A DNA stretch of 64,000 bases from Shigella phage ESh25. Made by a program: the position numbers and the translations under genes. The stretch is taken from sequence record ON528735, one strand, 5' to 3'. Below are positions 19,189 through 31,899 of the stretch, one piece after another; within the stretch, counting starts at the first letter, position 1; each line of letters begins with the position of its first letter. The notes under the pieces were generated by a model, which ran no database searches, was not told the DNA's origin, and was given only the letters and a program-made list of their open reading frames with translations.

Positions 19189-19478
19189 TATAAATTCTCT
19201 TTTAAATGAAAATGCAGGACTTATTGGCATTGCCTGCGCAAGCCCTCAAGGGGAACATAGGTTTTTGGATATTTAACGACCAGGATAACCATAAACCTCG
19301 TCAACATACCACCAAGACTTACACAGATAACACTTTTCTGACGCATGATAGTAACATTCAAGAGGTACACCGTAAAACTGCCGGGGTCTTAAAACTATAA
19401 TGATTCGCAAATCATTAATCAGACAGTTCGACGGCTCCTCGATTTTAGCTCACACTAAGGCAGTGAATCTCCAATAAA

Positions 19479-19727
19479 TTACTTCAGTGTTACCACAAAG
19501 TGACGAACTGCTTTTCGTGCAGCAGAAGCCAGAGGCTTAGCATACTTAAGTTCATCTTTTTCCTGAAGCTCAGCAGCTAATGCAGTTTGAGCAGGATTCA
19601 GATGTTTGAAATAACGCAGAATTTCAAGAGCTTCGGCTTCAACATCAATAGATGCGCCATAGTTTTCGTGACCATTATTCCATGCGTTTCGTTGCAGTTC
19701 AAGAGCGTGTTGTAATTGTTTAATCAT
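19479..19727 (-). CDS. rIII: rIII lysis-inhibition accessory protein
   Basis: 82 aa, same as T4 rIII; position between genes 31 and 30. Confidence 0.8.
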   Translation of the reverse strand: MIKQLQHALELQRNAWNNGHENYGASIDVEAEALEILRYFKHLNPAQTALAAELQEKDELKYAKPLASAARKAVRHFVVTLK

Positions 19728-19874
19728 TTAAAAATTCTCGTTAGAGATTAAAACTCGGTAGTCACGTTCTTCTGAATTTCATCTTCTTTCGACAGATCTC
19801 TCAGTTGTAGACTACCACATAGAATTGTTCGGTTAACTTATTATTCCGACACCCAATTCATATTATTATTTATA

Positions 19875-20210
19875 TCACTTATAAAGACACGGAATAGCTT
19901 TATAGTGACAGGTAACGAATTTTTGTTTAATTTCTTTTGGCTGCTTAAGACCCAGAGCTACAAAAGGATGCGGAACATTTCGAATTTGACCAACTGGAAG
20001 AGAAGTCAAATCACCAACTTCGCAGAAACCTTCAGGAACATCAGGACCGACAGAGTGAACTACACACAGTTCAGGAACTTCACCTTGAACACGTTTACCG
20101 ATAATAAGTCCTGATTCTGTAACTTCTTCATCACCGGCTTGTGCGGGTTCAGAAACTAAAATAACATATTCACCGACAGCACGAATTGGTAGCTGTTGTA
20201 CTTCAGACAT
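19875..20210 (-). CDS. 31: gp31 co-chaperonin (GroES analogue for capsid folding)
   Basis: 111 aa, same as T4 gp31; middle-promoter-like element upstream. Confidence 0.85.
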
Positions 20211-20240
20211 CGTTTTTCCTTTTTGTTAACAGATGAATTA

Positions 20241-20267
20241 ATAATAACAAATAATTCTTAAAGCATT
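20241..20267 (-). promoter_or_regulatory. middle-promoter-like element for gene 31
   Basis: Minus strand AATGCTTTA (perfect MotA box), 12 nt, TATTAT. Confidence 0.5.
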
Positions 20268-20575
20268 TATTTACCAATAAATTGGAGTAAATGCTCAACT
20301 TTCATACCATTAACAGAAATCAATTTGTTAATAGAAAAACCTCGCCACTCGCCAAGCTCAACATCAAATACTGGAATCATATCAGTAGATTCTTTCCGAG
20401 TAGATTCAGTCAATTTACCGGTTTGCATTGTTGGCATAAAGTCTGCATCACGAGTACCTTTCATGGTACGAATAGTACCATCAGACTTTTCAAAAACCAC
20501 GTTTGAAATACCCATGGACAATTTAGTTTTCAAAATTTCACGAATTGCTACTTTCTGCTCAGTTGTCAGTTTCAT
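20267..20575 (-). CDS. hypothetical protein (102 aa), 31.1 position
   Basis: ORF contiguous with neighbours. Confidence 0.55.
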   Translation of the reverse strand: MKLTTEQKVAIREILKTKLSMGISNVVFEKSDGTIRTMKGTRDADFMPTMQTGKLTESTRKESTDMIPVFDVELGEWRGFSINKLISVNGMKVEHLLQFIGK

Positions 20576-20812
20576 TTATTTACCTATTACAGTTTTAATA
20601 TGGGTTGTTCCACGTTCTTTAAGAGTGGAAAGCAATTTTTGGCATTTTTCTAAATCAGATTTCCAACTATATGGTCTATCAATACTAGTCCAATCAGTTT
20701 TATAATACTGTTTCCATTTAGAGAAAAAATATTTCTTATACTCTACAGCAAACGAGATGTTCTCATTAGAATAAGAACTAATTGCTGTGAGTTGTACCAA
20801 ACGAAATTTCAT
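20576..20812 (-). CDS. hypothetical protein (78 aa), 31.2 position
   Basis: Start overlaps the cd stop. Confidence 0.55.
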   Translation of the reverse strand: MKFRLVQLTAISSYSNENISFAVEYKKYFFSKWKQYYKTDWTSIDRPYSWKSDLEKCQKLLSTLKERGTTHIKTVIGK

Positions 20813-21393
20813 TATTCACCACAGAATTCGTTGATATTTTCCCAGTTTAACTTATTCAAGTTTTTCTTAGGAACATTAAACACTTCAATACCTGCATTTC
20901 GCAGAATATCATCCCAGCCAGGTTTATTTTTATCATATGTTTCGCAATAAACCAGCTTTTTAATACCAGATTGAGCTATCGCTTTTGCACAATCTGGACA
21001 AGGAGAAAGTGTTACATACATAGTAGCACCTTCAATAGAAGAGCCATTTCGTGCAGCAAACAAAATCGCATTTAGTTCAGCATGAATTTCATTTTTAGAC
21101 GACCATTCAGAGTGAGCGCTCCGGTGTTCTTTTGCCAAGACAAAGCGATCAGTTGAACCAAATGATACGCATTCAGGCTTATGGCCTTGAATGATAGTAT
21201 GTTTAGGCTTATTCAACAACCAACCTTGCTCAGCAGCATAATCACAACAGTTCACACCACCAGCAGGTGAACCATTATATCCGGTAGAAATAATACGTCC
21301 ATTCTTTTCAATTACTGCTCCTACCTTCCAGGAGCAACATTTTGATTCCTGGGATACTAAATATGCAATTTGAAGTACTGTACTCGCTTTCAT
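20812..21393 (-). CDS. cd: dCMP deaminase
   Basis: 193 aa, same as T4 Cd; zinc-binding HAE and PCPDC motifs. Confidence 0.9.
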   Translation of the reverse strand: MKASTVLQIAYLVSQESKCCSWKVGAVIEKNGRIISTGYNGSPAGGVNCCDYAAEQGWLLNKPKHTIIQGHKPECVSFGSTDRFVLAKEHRSAHSEWSSKNEIHAELNAILFAARNGSSIEGATMYVTLSPCPDCAKAIAQSGIKKLVYCETYDKNKPGWDDILRNAGIEVFNVPKKNLNKLNWENINEFCGE

Positions 21394-21728
21394 TTCATAA
21401 TCACCAGATAAGCAGATTTAGCAGTTTCAACACGATAAATTTCGTGACGAAGTTTAGTTATACTTTTAATAACAGAACTAATTATATTCTGCCCATCTTT
21501 AAAGCGGTTTTTCTTATCAATAAAAATTGCACCAGCCATCTTTTTGTGAAGCTCAACTGGATACTTCGTCACAATAATAGCATCATACACAGAAGGATGA
21601 ATACTATTTACTAGAGTGTCATTCATTAAAGTTATTCTAATGAACTGTGCTGTTTCAGAGTCAAGCGCTCTATGATCGCCAGTATCATTTTCAAGACAAT
21701 TATCAATTATATCAGTTAAATTCATCAT
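21390..21728 (-). CDS. hypothetical protein (112 aa), cd.1 position
   Basis: ATGA overlap. Confidence 0.5.
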   Translation of the reverse strand: MMNLTDIIDNCLENDTGDHRALDSETAQFIRITLMNDTLVNSIHPSVYDAIIVTKYPVELHKKMAGAIFIDKKNRFKDGQNIISSVIKSITKLRHEIYRVETAKSAYLVIMK

Positions 21729-21964
21729 AGTACGCCATACACCCTTTGTGCTTCAACTAATCCATCAAAATCCAGTTTAAGATGCGATATTTGATCGCCA
21801 TCACCTGGATTCACAATTACTAATACTGAACGAGGAGTTTCGGTAATAACACGAACCGATGTTTCAGGAAATCGTTCAGAAACCTTATTTACCAATTCCT
21901 GTGCAAATAGCTTAACTTTTTCTTGGAATTCTTTAACAGTAATCGGTTTTTCACTTAGCAGCAT
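21725..21964 (-). CDS. hypothetical protein (79 aa), cd.2 position
   Basis: GAGGAAAA Shine-Dalgarno; own promoter. Confidence 0.5.
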   Translation of the reverse strand: MLLSEKPITVKEFQEKVKLFAQELVNKVSERFPETSVRVITETPRSVLVIVNPGDGDQISHLKLDFDGLVEAQRVYGVL

Positions 21965-21993
21965 TTTGTTTTCCTCATTTGTTTGGTAGAGCT

Positions 21994-22023
21994 ATAATAT
22001 CACAACTCTACCGTAAAGTAAAC
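21994..22023 (-). promoter_or_regulatory. early promoter with inverted repeat
   Basis: GTTTAC, 18 nt, TATTAT; inverted repeat GGTAGAG/CTCTACC brackets the -10. Confidence 0.5.
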
Positions 22024-22025
22024 TA

Positions 22026-22331
22026 TTAAATTGCTTTGAATTCTGCTGTCTGCGATTCAAAGCGAATGTCGCCTTTGATAACTAACTCAGCATCAAGACC
22101 GAATACGACAATGATATGCGCGGAACCTGGATACAGCGTAATGGCAACAGAATCCACTTGGTCTGGAAGCAAAGTGTTCAATACATGAGTCACTTGAGCA
22201 TGGATTCGAAGTTCGGCTGCGTTATCAAGCTTTTCAAACATGTTATTAGCGATAATTTGACTAAACACTACTTCTACGATTTTAGAATAAGTCGGAAACA
22301 TATTTACCTCACATAATTTTCTTCGAGCCAA
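22026..22331 (-). CDS. hypothetical protein (101 aa; likely starts at internal Met, about 22301)
   Basis: ORF in the cd-pseT array. Confidence 0.5.
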   Translation of the reverse strand: MARRKLCEVNMFPTYSKIVEVVFSQIIANNMFEKLDNAAELRIHAQVTHVLNTLLPDQVDSVAITLYPGSAHIIVVFGLDAELVIKGDIRFESQTAEFKAI

Positions 22332-22504
22332 TCAATAACATCCAACGCATTATCAAAAGTTGAACCATCTACTTTGTCTTCTGTTTCATAATCAAGAACA
22401 TCTAAACCTACTCTTCCATCAACAATAGGCCATAAACAAAATAGATATTTCTTTTCTTTTTCAATTTTATCACAAAGACGATAAATCTTTTCTATGTTAT
22501 TCAT
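22304..22504 (-). CDS. hypothetical protein (66 aa)
   Basis: ORF in the cd-pseT array. Confidence 0.45.
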   Translation of the reverse strand: MNNIEKIYRLCDKIEKEKKYLFCLWPIVDGRVGLDVLDYETEDKVDGSTFDNALDVIDWLEENYVR

Positions 22505-22690
22505 AAGTTTTCCATGGTAAAGGCAGTTTAGTTTTCTTTACTGTTAGTTCAACATCAGGATTCTTTTCTCTTAATTTAAGGCATTCCTCCCAAGCTCTGA
22601 TTTCACTAGTGAATACACAAAATTGCCCATTACTAGTACCGACTAAACCACTATTTACAATAATAGCCCAAGTTTCATGATGCCATGCCA

Positions 22691-22691
<1 letters not shown>
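22497..22691 (-). CDS. hypothetical protein (64 aa)
   Basis: Start overlaps the pseT stop. Confidence 0.45.
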
Positions 22692-23891
<1,200 letters not shown>

Positions 23892-23895
<4 letters not shown>

Positions 23896-24122
23896 TTATT
23901 TTTCTCAACTAATGATTGAATATAATCATGCAGGTCTTTAGATGCTTTACCCCACTTATTTTGATATTCATTTTTGAGATTAGCACGGGATTGAGCTAAT
24001 AAAACATCATTAGTTGGAGGTAAAGATTCTAACCGCTGAATCTGGCGTCCATAAATCATTGCAGCCATCTCGGATTCATAAATCAATCCTTTGAGATGTT
24101 CAAATTGATGCCATGAAATCAT
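23892..24122 (-). CDS. hypothetical protein (76 aa)
   Basis: Overlapping ends with neighbours. Confidence 0.5.
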
Positions 24123-24418
24123 TTACATTTATCCTCTTTTAACTCTTGACGATAATAACATATCATAGTTTTTTGGTCATGTACATATCGTTTTACATCA
24201 TTAAGCCAAATACGAAATTCCTGGGAATCTTCAAATGGCATACCGACCCAAGCTTTACCATCAATAACTTTAACTTGCCAAGATAGTTTAGCTTCATCAT
24301 ATGACTTTATCTGTACAGGCCAATTAGGATGAACTGTTTCTTTCTTTACTTCTAGAGGCTTTGTCGAACAACCAGCTAGAAGACCGATAGATAATATTAC
24401 TGCTGATAGTCTAATCAT
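24119..24418 (-). CDS. outer-membrane lipoprotein, o-spanin (Rz1 equivalent)
   Basis: Signal peptide with lipobox LAGC; immediately follows and overlaps the i-spanin candidate. Confidence 0.65.
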   Translation of the reverse strand: MIRLSAVILSIGLLAGCSTKPLEVKKETVHPNWPVQIKSYDEAKLSWQVKVIDGKAWVGMPFEDSQEFRIWLNDVKRYVHDQKTMICYYRQELKEDKCK

Positions 24419-24768
24419 TTAGAAAGGTCCTGGATGTCTTCTGCGAACTTGTTGAAGGAGTTGTTGATTTGTTTTTCAACCAATCCTGGCTTACGAGCCA
24501 CCACATCCGCCTTCTTTGCATCTTTGCGCAGTTTTTCATTTTCACGCTCAATATCAGCAATCGCCTCACGATTTTTATTATTCATCGCATCAATATAATT
24601 ATACTGAATTCGCAAATTATTTAATGCTAAGGCGTTTTCATTGGCCGTTTTTGTAATTTCTACAACAGACGTTTCTAATCTTTCTACCTTATTTTTTAAA
24701 ATAATAGATGTTCCGCCAAATGCTATTACAAGTAATAGCAATCCAGCTGTAAAATTACTTACATGCAT
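24415..24768 (-). CDS. inner-membrane i-spanin (Rz equivalent)
   Basis: N-terminal transmembrane helix (GLLLLVIAFGG) followed by charged coiled-coil; T4 pseT.3/pseT.2 are the known spanins at this position. Confidence 0.65.
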   Translation of the reverse strand: MHVSNFTAGLLLLVIAFGGTSIILKNKVERLETSVVEITKTANENALALNNLRIQYNYIDAMNNKNREAIADIERENEKLRKDAKKADVVARKPGLVEKQINNSFNKFAEDIQDLSK

Positions 24769-25265
24769 AAAGTTTTAATAACCTCTATAATATCGTCTTG
24801 AGAAAGACCGTTAATTAAAATATGATGTTCAGCCGGAGATTTAGAAATTTTAAAGCACGCCGCAACATCTTCTGCCATATCCGATGCGCTACGATTTGGA
24901 TTACTAATTCCAAGACGATGCTTTCCTGTCAAAGGATTAACGATGATATAGCATTTGCAGCTATTGATATGAACATTAGGTTGAGTCTGATTAATAAACA
25001 CTTCACAATCATACTTAGCGAGTTGATTTTCTAAAAAGACTTTCATCTCCTCAACCGCATCAGGAAGCATATCACGGGCTTGCTCAAGATGACGATTTCG
25101 ATATTCTTTAATGGTCGTTTTCCGCTTGACTTGCTTAGCTAAATCTTTCTTAAGATCGGTGATATATCCAACTCGACGATTTCCTTTGAATACAGAAATC
25201 CCATCTGTAGTATCACCGTATGCTTCAACGACCATTTCAGTAGTAATAAGCTGCAAATCCATCAT
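24759..25265 (-). CDS. alc: Alc, terminator of host (cytosine-DNA) transcription
   Basis: 168 aa (T4 Alc about 167 aa); position between pseT and rnlA. Confidence 0.8.
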   Translation of the reverse strand: MMDLQLITTEMVVEAYGDTTDGISVFKGNRRVGYITDLKKDLAKQVKRKTTIKEYRNRHLEQARDMLPDAVEEMKVFLENQLAKYDCEVFINQTQPNVHINSCKCYIIVNPLTGKHRLGISNPNRSASDMAEDVAACFKISKSPAEHHILINGLSQDDIIEVIKTLCM

Positions 25266-25293
25266 AAAGTCCTCATGTTATGTCAGTAAGACT

Positions 25294-25323
25294 ACTATAA
25301 CACAACACGAGGGACTTGTAAAC
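25294..25323 (-). promoter_or_regulatory. early promoter for alc; second copy of the duplicated 54-bp cassette
   Basis: GTTTAC, 18 nt, TATAGT; 53/54 identical to 9946-9999. Confidence 0.55.
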
Positions 25324-25326
25324 AGC

Positions 25327-26914
<1,588 letters not shown>

Positions 26915-26922
26915 AATAAAAT

Positions 26923-26936
26923 GGGCCTTGCGGCCC
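26923..26936 (-). terminator. hairpin (GGGCC-GCAA-GGCCC) between nrdB and denA, terminator-like
   Basis: Stem-loop followed on minus strand by ATTTTATT, then the denA ATG. Confidence 0.45.
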
Positions 26937-26941
26937 ACTCC

Positions 26942-28120
26942 TTAAAAATATTTTTTAAAACTCATCATAACTTTATCATCAACATCATTATCAATCTGTG
27001 CAACAAGATAAGATGACAGTTCTACTTCTTGCGGCGCGGATTGAACATTATCAGAATTAAGGTATTCACGAATCCAAGGATATGGATGTTTAACCGGAGC
27101 ATCGGTAATCGGGCATGGAAGACCACACTGTTTCATACGAGATACAGTTAAGTAATCAATAAAGCTCCACATGCTATTTGTATTTAATCCAGGAACATCG
27201 CCATCTTTAAATAAATGAACTGCCCAATCTTTTTCTTGGCGGTTAACTTCCATGAAAATATCAACTGCTTCTTGTTCACACTCTTTGGCAATTTTAACCC
27301 ATTCATCACCATCAGTACCGGATTGAAGTTGACGAATAATATATTGTGTACCTTTAAGATGAAGCTGCTCATCACGTGCAATAAATTTCATAATCTTCGC
27401 ATTACCTTCCATGATTTCCATGTTCTTATGGAAGTTGAAAGTACATGCAAAGGATACATAAAAACGAATAGCTTCCAGAGCATTGATAACGTGCAGACAG
27501 AGATAAAGCGACTTCATCAGGTCTCGTTTACATTCTTCCAAATGAGTGAGACTGTTTGAATATGCTTCTAAATCATATTCATTTTCAGCAAAATAACTAA
27601 AGTTTTCTTTGGCGTTTTCCCAAATACGTGTCTTGTCCAGAACATCATCATAATAACGACCAATAGATTCAGCACGTTTCATGATAGCTTTATCTAATAC
27701 AATCTCATCAAATACCTTTGACGGATCAGTATAAAGATTTCGCATAATATGAGTGTATGAACGACTGTGAATGGTTTCACTAAAAGTCCATGTAGCAACC
27801 CATGTATCAAGGCTTGGGTCTGAAATCAATGACATAAGTACAGCAGACGGTGCACGACCCTGAATGCTATCTAGAAGTGATTGATACTTCAGATTATTAG
27901 TAAAAATATTCTGCTGATATTGAGGAAGCTTATTAAACTGTGCAGCATCCATCATTAAGTTTACTTCTTCAGGACGCCAGAAAAATGACAACTGCTTTTC
28001 GGTTAAATCTTCAAAAACTTTATGACGTTGAATATCATAACGCGCAATACCAAGACCTGAACCAAAAAACATAGGTTCTTTTAAAACATCAACTGGATTT
28101 GTATTAAAAACTGTGCTCAT
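26942..28120 (-). CDS. nrdB: ribonucleotide reductase small subunit, uninterrupted
   Basis: 392 aa continuous ORF; no intron or homing-endonuclease ORF. Confidence 0.9.
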   Translation of the reverse strand: MSTVFNTNPVDVLKEPMFFGSGLGIARYDIQRHKVFEDLTEKQLSFFWRPEEVNLMMDAAQFNKLPQYQQNIFTNNLKYQSLLDSIQGRAPSAVLMSLISDPSLDTWVATWTFSETIHSRSYTHIMRNLYTDPSKVFDEIVLDKAIMKRAESIGRYYDDVLDKTRIWENAKENFSYFAENEYDLEAYSNSLTHLEECKRDLMKSLYLCLHVINALEAIRFYVSFACTFNFHKNMEIMEGNAKIMKFIARDEQLHLKGTQYIIRQLQSGTDGDEWVKIAKECEQEAVDIFMEVNRQEKDWAVHLFKDGDVPGLNTNSMWSFIDYLTVSRMKQCGLPCPITDAPVKHPYPWIREYLNSDNVQSAPQEVELSSYLVAQIDNDVDDKVMMSFKKYF

Positions 28121-28171
28121 AAATTTTCCACTTAGTTAATAGTTGGTGACTCGTCCGTGAGTCAAATTATA

Positions 28172-30436
28172 TCATAATTTACAGGATGAACAATCTTCAG
28201 CTTTTGGAGTTTCTATTTCATAATCATCAGTACCAGAACCATCACGGGTATTATGATAATAGAAATTTTTTCCGCCAAAATACCAAAAATACAAAAGGTC
28301 ATCAATCATTATTGACATTGGAACCTTTCCTTTTGGAAAAATCTGCGGGTCATAATATGTATTCGCTGAAGCTGATTGACATACCCATTTCAGCATAATA
28401 GCTACCTGCGTAAGATAAGGTTTATTACCTTTCTTAGCTAATTTCCATGTATAATCATATAGGTCTATGTTATGTTCAATATTGGGCACGACTTGATTAA
28501 AGGAACCCTCTTTTGATTCTTTAACAGAGACTGGTCCACGTGGAGGCTCGATACCGTTTGTACTGTTAGAAACTTGGGAAGATGACTCACATGGCATAAG
28601 TGCTGATAATGTGCTATTACGGATGCCAAAGAGCTTAAGGTCTTCCCGCAGCGACGACCAGTCACAAACGTATTTTGGAGCTGCGATTTGGTCAATCTTT
28701 TTATTGTACCAGTCGATAGGTAATTCGCCTCGAGACCAACGAGTGTCTGAATAATATTCACAAGGTCCTTTTTCTTTGGCGAGTTTAATGGATGCTTTAA
28801 TGAGTCCATACTGTAATCTCTCAAATAGTTCATGTGTTAAATCGTTAGCATCTTCATAAGAAGCAAAGTTACTTGCCAACCAAGCTGCATAGTTAGTAAC
28901 ACCTACACCGAGGTTACGACGCTTTTTAGCTTTTTCTGCTTCAGGAACTGGATATCCTTGGTAATCCAAAAGATTATCAAGAGCACGAACCTGGACTTCT
29001 GCCAATTCATTAATTTTATCTTGGTCTTGCCAGTCAAAATTATCCAGTACGAATGCAGAGAGAGTACACAATCCAATTTCAGCATCAGGACTATTCACAT
29101 CATTTGTTGGAATAGCAATTTCACAGCACAAGTTACTCTGACGAATAGGTGCCTTTTCACGAATAAACGGAGTATAGTTATTCGTATTATCAATGAACTG
29201 TACATAAATCCTTGCTGTTCCTGAGCGTTCAGTCATGAGCAATTCAAATAGTTCACGGGCTTTAATACGCTTTTTACGAATATTAGGGTCTTTTTCTGCT
29301 GCTTCGTATAATTCACGGAAACGGTCTTGGTCTTTAAAATAAGAATAATAAAGCTCTCCGCCCATTTCATGGGGACTGAACAAAGTAATGTAATCGTTCT
29401 TTCCAAAACGTTCCATCATCAAATCATTCAGTTGAACACCATAATCCATATGACGAATGCGGTTTTCTTCTACGCCTTTGTTATTTTTCAAAACAAGAAG
29501 ATTTTCAACTTCCAAATGCCAAATAGGATAATAAGCAGTAGCAGCGCCGCCACGAATTCCACCCTGTGAGCATGATTTAACAGCAGTCTGAAAATGTTTC
29601 CAAAAAGGAATAACACCAGTATGGCGTACTTCACCCATGCCAATCTTAGAACCTTCAGCACGAATCATACCAACGTTAATACCAATTCCAGCGCGTTTAG
29701 AGATATATTCAACAATTGAAGCGGAAGCCTTATTGATAGACTTTAATGAATCACCTGCCTCAATAACAACGCATGAACTAAACTGCCGGGTTGGAGTACG
29801 GCAACCAGCCATAATAGGAGTTGGCAATGAAATCTGTCGAGTAGATACTGCTTCATAAAAACGAATAACGTGTTTTAATCTATCAACAGGTTCATCTTGA
29901 TGCAGTGCCATTCCAATAGTCATAAATGCAAACTGCGGAGTTTCATAAATTTGACCAGTGGTTTTATCTTTAACTAGATATTTTTCTTTTAATTGCATCG
30001 CCCCGGAATAAGTAAATTCCATATCCCGCTCGTGCTTAATTTTTGATTCTAAAAATGTAATTTCTTCTGCTGAATATTTTGACAATAATTCAGGGTCATA
30101 TTTACCTTCATTTACACAGTAAGAAATATGGTCAATAAATGAACGCGGTTCATACTGCCCATAAACATGCTTACGAAGAGCAAACATTAAACAACGTGCA
30201 GCTACATATTGATAATCAGGCTCTTCAACCGAAATAGAATTCGCAGCAGCCTTAATGACAATAGTCTGAATATCATCAGTTGTCATTCCATCACGGAGAT
30301 AAGATTTAATATTTTCATATAATTCATAAGGATCTACTGATGTTCCTTCAGCTGCCCAAGATAAAACTTTAATAATTTTTTGTGGGTCAAAGCTCTGAGA
30401 AACACCACTACTTTTGATAACATTAATTAATTGCAT
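28172..30436 (-). CDS. nrdA: ribonucleotide reductase large subunit
   Basis: 754 aa, same as T4 NrdA; C-terminal CSSCKL tail. Confidence 0.95.
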   Translation of the reverse strand: MQLINVIKSSGVSQSFDPQKIIKVLSWAAEGTSVDPYELYENIKSYLRDGMTTDDIQTIVIKAAANSISVEEPDYQYVAARCLMFALRKHVYGQYEPRSFIDHISYCVNEGKYDPELLSKYSAEEITFLESKIKHERDMEFTYSGAMQLKEKYLVKDKTTGQIYETPQFAFMTIGMALHQDEPVDRLKHVIRFYEAVSTRQISLPTPIMAGCRTPTRQFSSCVVIEAGDSLKSINKASASIVEYISKRAGIGINVGMIRAEGSKIGMGEVRHTGVIPFWKHFQTAVKSCSQGGIRGGAATAYYPIWHLEVENLLVLKNNKGVEENRIRHMDYGVQLNDLMMERFGKNDYITLFSPHEMGGELYYSYFKDQDRFRELYEAAEKDPNIRKKRIKARELFELLMTERSGTARIYVQFIDNTNNYTPFIREKAPIRQSNLCCEIAIPTNDVNSPDAEIGLCTLSAFVLDNFDWQDQDKINELAEVQVRALDNLLDYQGYPVPEAEKAKKRRNLGVGVTNYAAWLASNFASYEDANDLTHELFERLQYGLIKASIKLAKEKGPCEYYSDTRWSRGELPIDWYNKKIDQIAAPKYVCDWSSLREDLKLFGIRNSTLSALMPCESSSQVSNSTNGIEPPRGPVSVKESKEGSFNQVVPNIEHNIDLYDYTWKLAKKGNKPYLTQVAIMLKWVCQSASANTYYDPQIFPKGKVPMSIMIDDLLYFWYFGGKNFYYHNTRDGSGTDDYEIETPKAEDCSSCKL

Positions 30437-30753
30437 AAGTCCTCAACTTGAAAATCGTCTTTAAACAATCGGTTAACTATATGAGCTATTATATCACCAT
30501 GACACGGCTTTGGTTTACATGTGCATCCTAGCCTCATTCCACGTAAAGGCTCTAAATGTGCTTTAGTTATTTCTCCGGATTTAATTCGACGTATAAAATC
30601 TTTTTTGAATAATTCAATGGCAGCCTCCCGGCTGCCAGCATCTTTACCGACGTAATTTCCCCAAAATGTACCACGGTGAATATTAACATCAAAGTCGGAT
30701 TTATATTTATTCACTACCTGGCATAGACGGCCCGCGCGGTGATAATTCGTCAT
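30427..30753 (-). CDS. hypothetical protein (108 aa) with C-x-C-x-P-x-x-C-H motif (DUF4326-like), nrdA.1 position
   Basis: [14 protein letters not shown] motif. Confidence 0.5.
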   Translation of the reverse strand: MTNYHRAGRLCQVVNKYKSDFDVNIHRGTFWGNYVGKDAGSREAAIELFKKDFIRRIKSGEITKAHLEPLRGMRLGCTCKPKPCHGDIIAHIVNRLFKDDFQVEDLCN

Positions 30754-30982
30754 ATTGTTTTTCCGTTAAAACAGTAATATCATAGTAACAATCTGAAGAA
30801 GTTTTAACTGTAGAAATTTTATTATCAAAATACTCACGAGTCATTTTATGAGTATAATATTTTTTGCCATAAATGATAATAGGCTGATTTGGTCCTGGAA
30901 CTTCTAACTCGCTTGGATTAGGAAGTGTAAAAAGAACTACACCAGAAGTATCTTTAAATCGTAAAATCATATATCCTCGCAA
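30707..30982 (-). CDS. hypothetical protein (91 aa), nrdA.2 position
   Basis: ORF between td and nrdA. Confidence 0.5.
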   Translation of the reverse strand: MRGYMILRFKDTSGVVLFTLPNPSELEVPGPNQPIIIYGKKYYTHKMTREYFDNKISTVKTSSDCYYDITVLTEKQYDELSPRGPSMPGSE

Positions 30983-30993
30983 TTAAATTAAAA

Positions 30994-31854
30994 TTATACC
31001 GCCATTTTTCCTTTCAAGACACCGTGGGACTGATAATCTTTGAGAACGAAATCTTTAGGCCTGAGTTTAAGAACATATTCCAATTGTTCTTTAGTAGAAA
31101 GATAGCGGAATTTATAAGGCAATCCGCCTATTACCAGTTCACAAAGCTCTTTAGGTTCACGACGCAAAATTTCTTTACATTGTTCTACGTGATTCATATA
31201 GATATGAGTATTACCGCCAGAAAATATCAAATCTCCAGGAATAAGATTACACATCTTAGCTACAATATGAACTAACGCAGCATATGATGCAATATTAAAT
31301 GGAAGACCAAGAAAAACATCTACTGATCGTTGATACCACTGCAAATCCAAATAGCCATTACGCACATTAAACTGATAGAACATATGACAAGGCGGTAATG
31401 CCATATATTTAAGTTCAGCTGGATTCCACGCAGAAACAATTTGTCGCCTATCATTCGGCAGTTTTTTAATACGATCAATAACTTCTACAATTTGGTCTAC
31501 ACCGCCAAAATCACGCCATTGTTTTCCATAAATTGGACCAAGTTCACCGCTATGGTATCCTAAATCTTTTGCTTGATTTTCGTAATTTTCATCCCAGACT
31601 GTTTTGCCTTGAATTAATGAATCATGCTGAATTAATCGTAAATCATTGACATTTATGCTTCCTGATAAAAACCAAAGTAGCTCAGCAATGCAAGCTTTCC
31701 AGGCGAGCTTTTTAGTTGTTACTGCAGGAAAACCTTTACTTAAATCCCAGCGTAATTTAGTACCGAACAAAGCAATTGTTCCTGTGCCTGTTCGATCATC
31801 GGTTTCATAGCCATTTTCAAAAATGTCTTTAATTAAATCTTGGTATTGTTTCAT
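30994..31854 (-). CDS. td: thymidylate synthase, uninterrupted
   Basis: 286 aa continuous; catalytic LPPCH motif; no intron or I-TevI-like ORF. Confidence 0.95.
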   Translation of the reverse strand: MKQYQDLIKDIFENGYETDDRTGTGTIALFGTKLRWDLSKGFPAVTTKKLAWKACIAELLWFLSGSINVNDLRLIQHDSLIQGKTVWDENYENQAKDLGYHSGELGPIYGKQWRDFGGVDQIVEVIDRIKKLPNDRRQIVSAWNPAELKYMALPPCHMFYQFNVRNGYLDLQWYQRSVDVFLGLPFNIASYAALVHIVAKMCNLIPGDLIFSGGNTHIYMNHVEQCKEILRREPKELCELVIGGLPYKFRYLSTKEQLEYVLKLRPKDFVLKDYQSHGVLKGKMAV

Positions 31855-31899
31855 TTAGTACCTTATATAAATTATAATACATTTTATGAAGCTAAATAA

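Noticed and set aside
19206-19400. Plus-strand 64-aa ORF in the rIII / basic-protein intergenic gap
   Set aside because: Opposite to the local direction of transcription, no Shine-Dalgarno, and it overlaps promoter-like and hairpin elements; more likely non-coding.
19231-19478. Possible tRNA in the 248-bp gap
   Set aside because: No cloverleaf could be drawn by eye; no GTTCRANYC T-loop with a matching 5-bp stem and no acceptor-stem complementarity.
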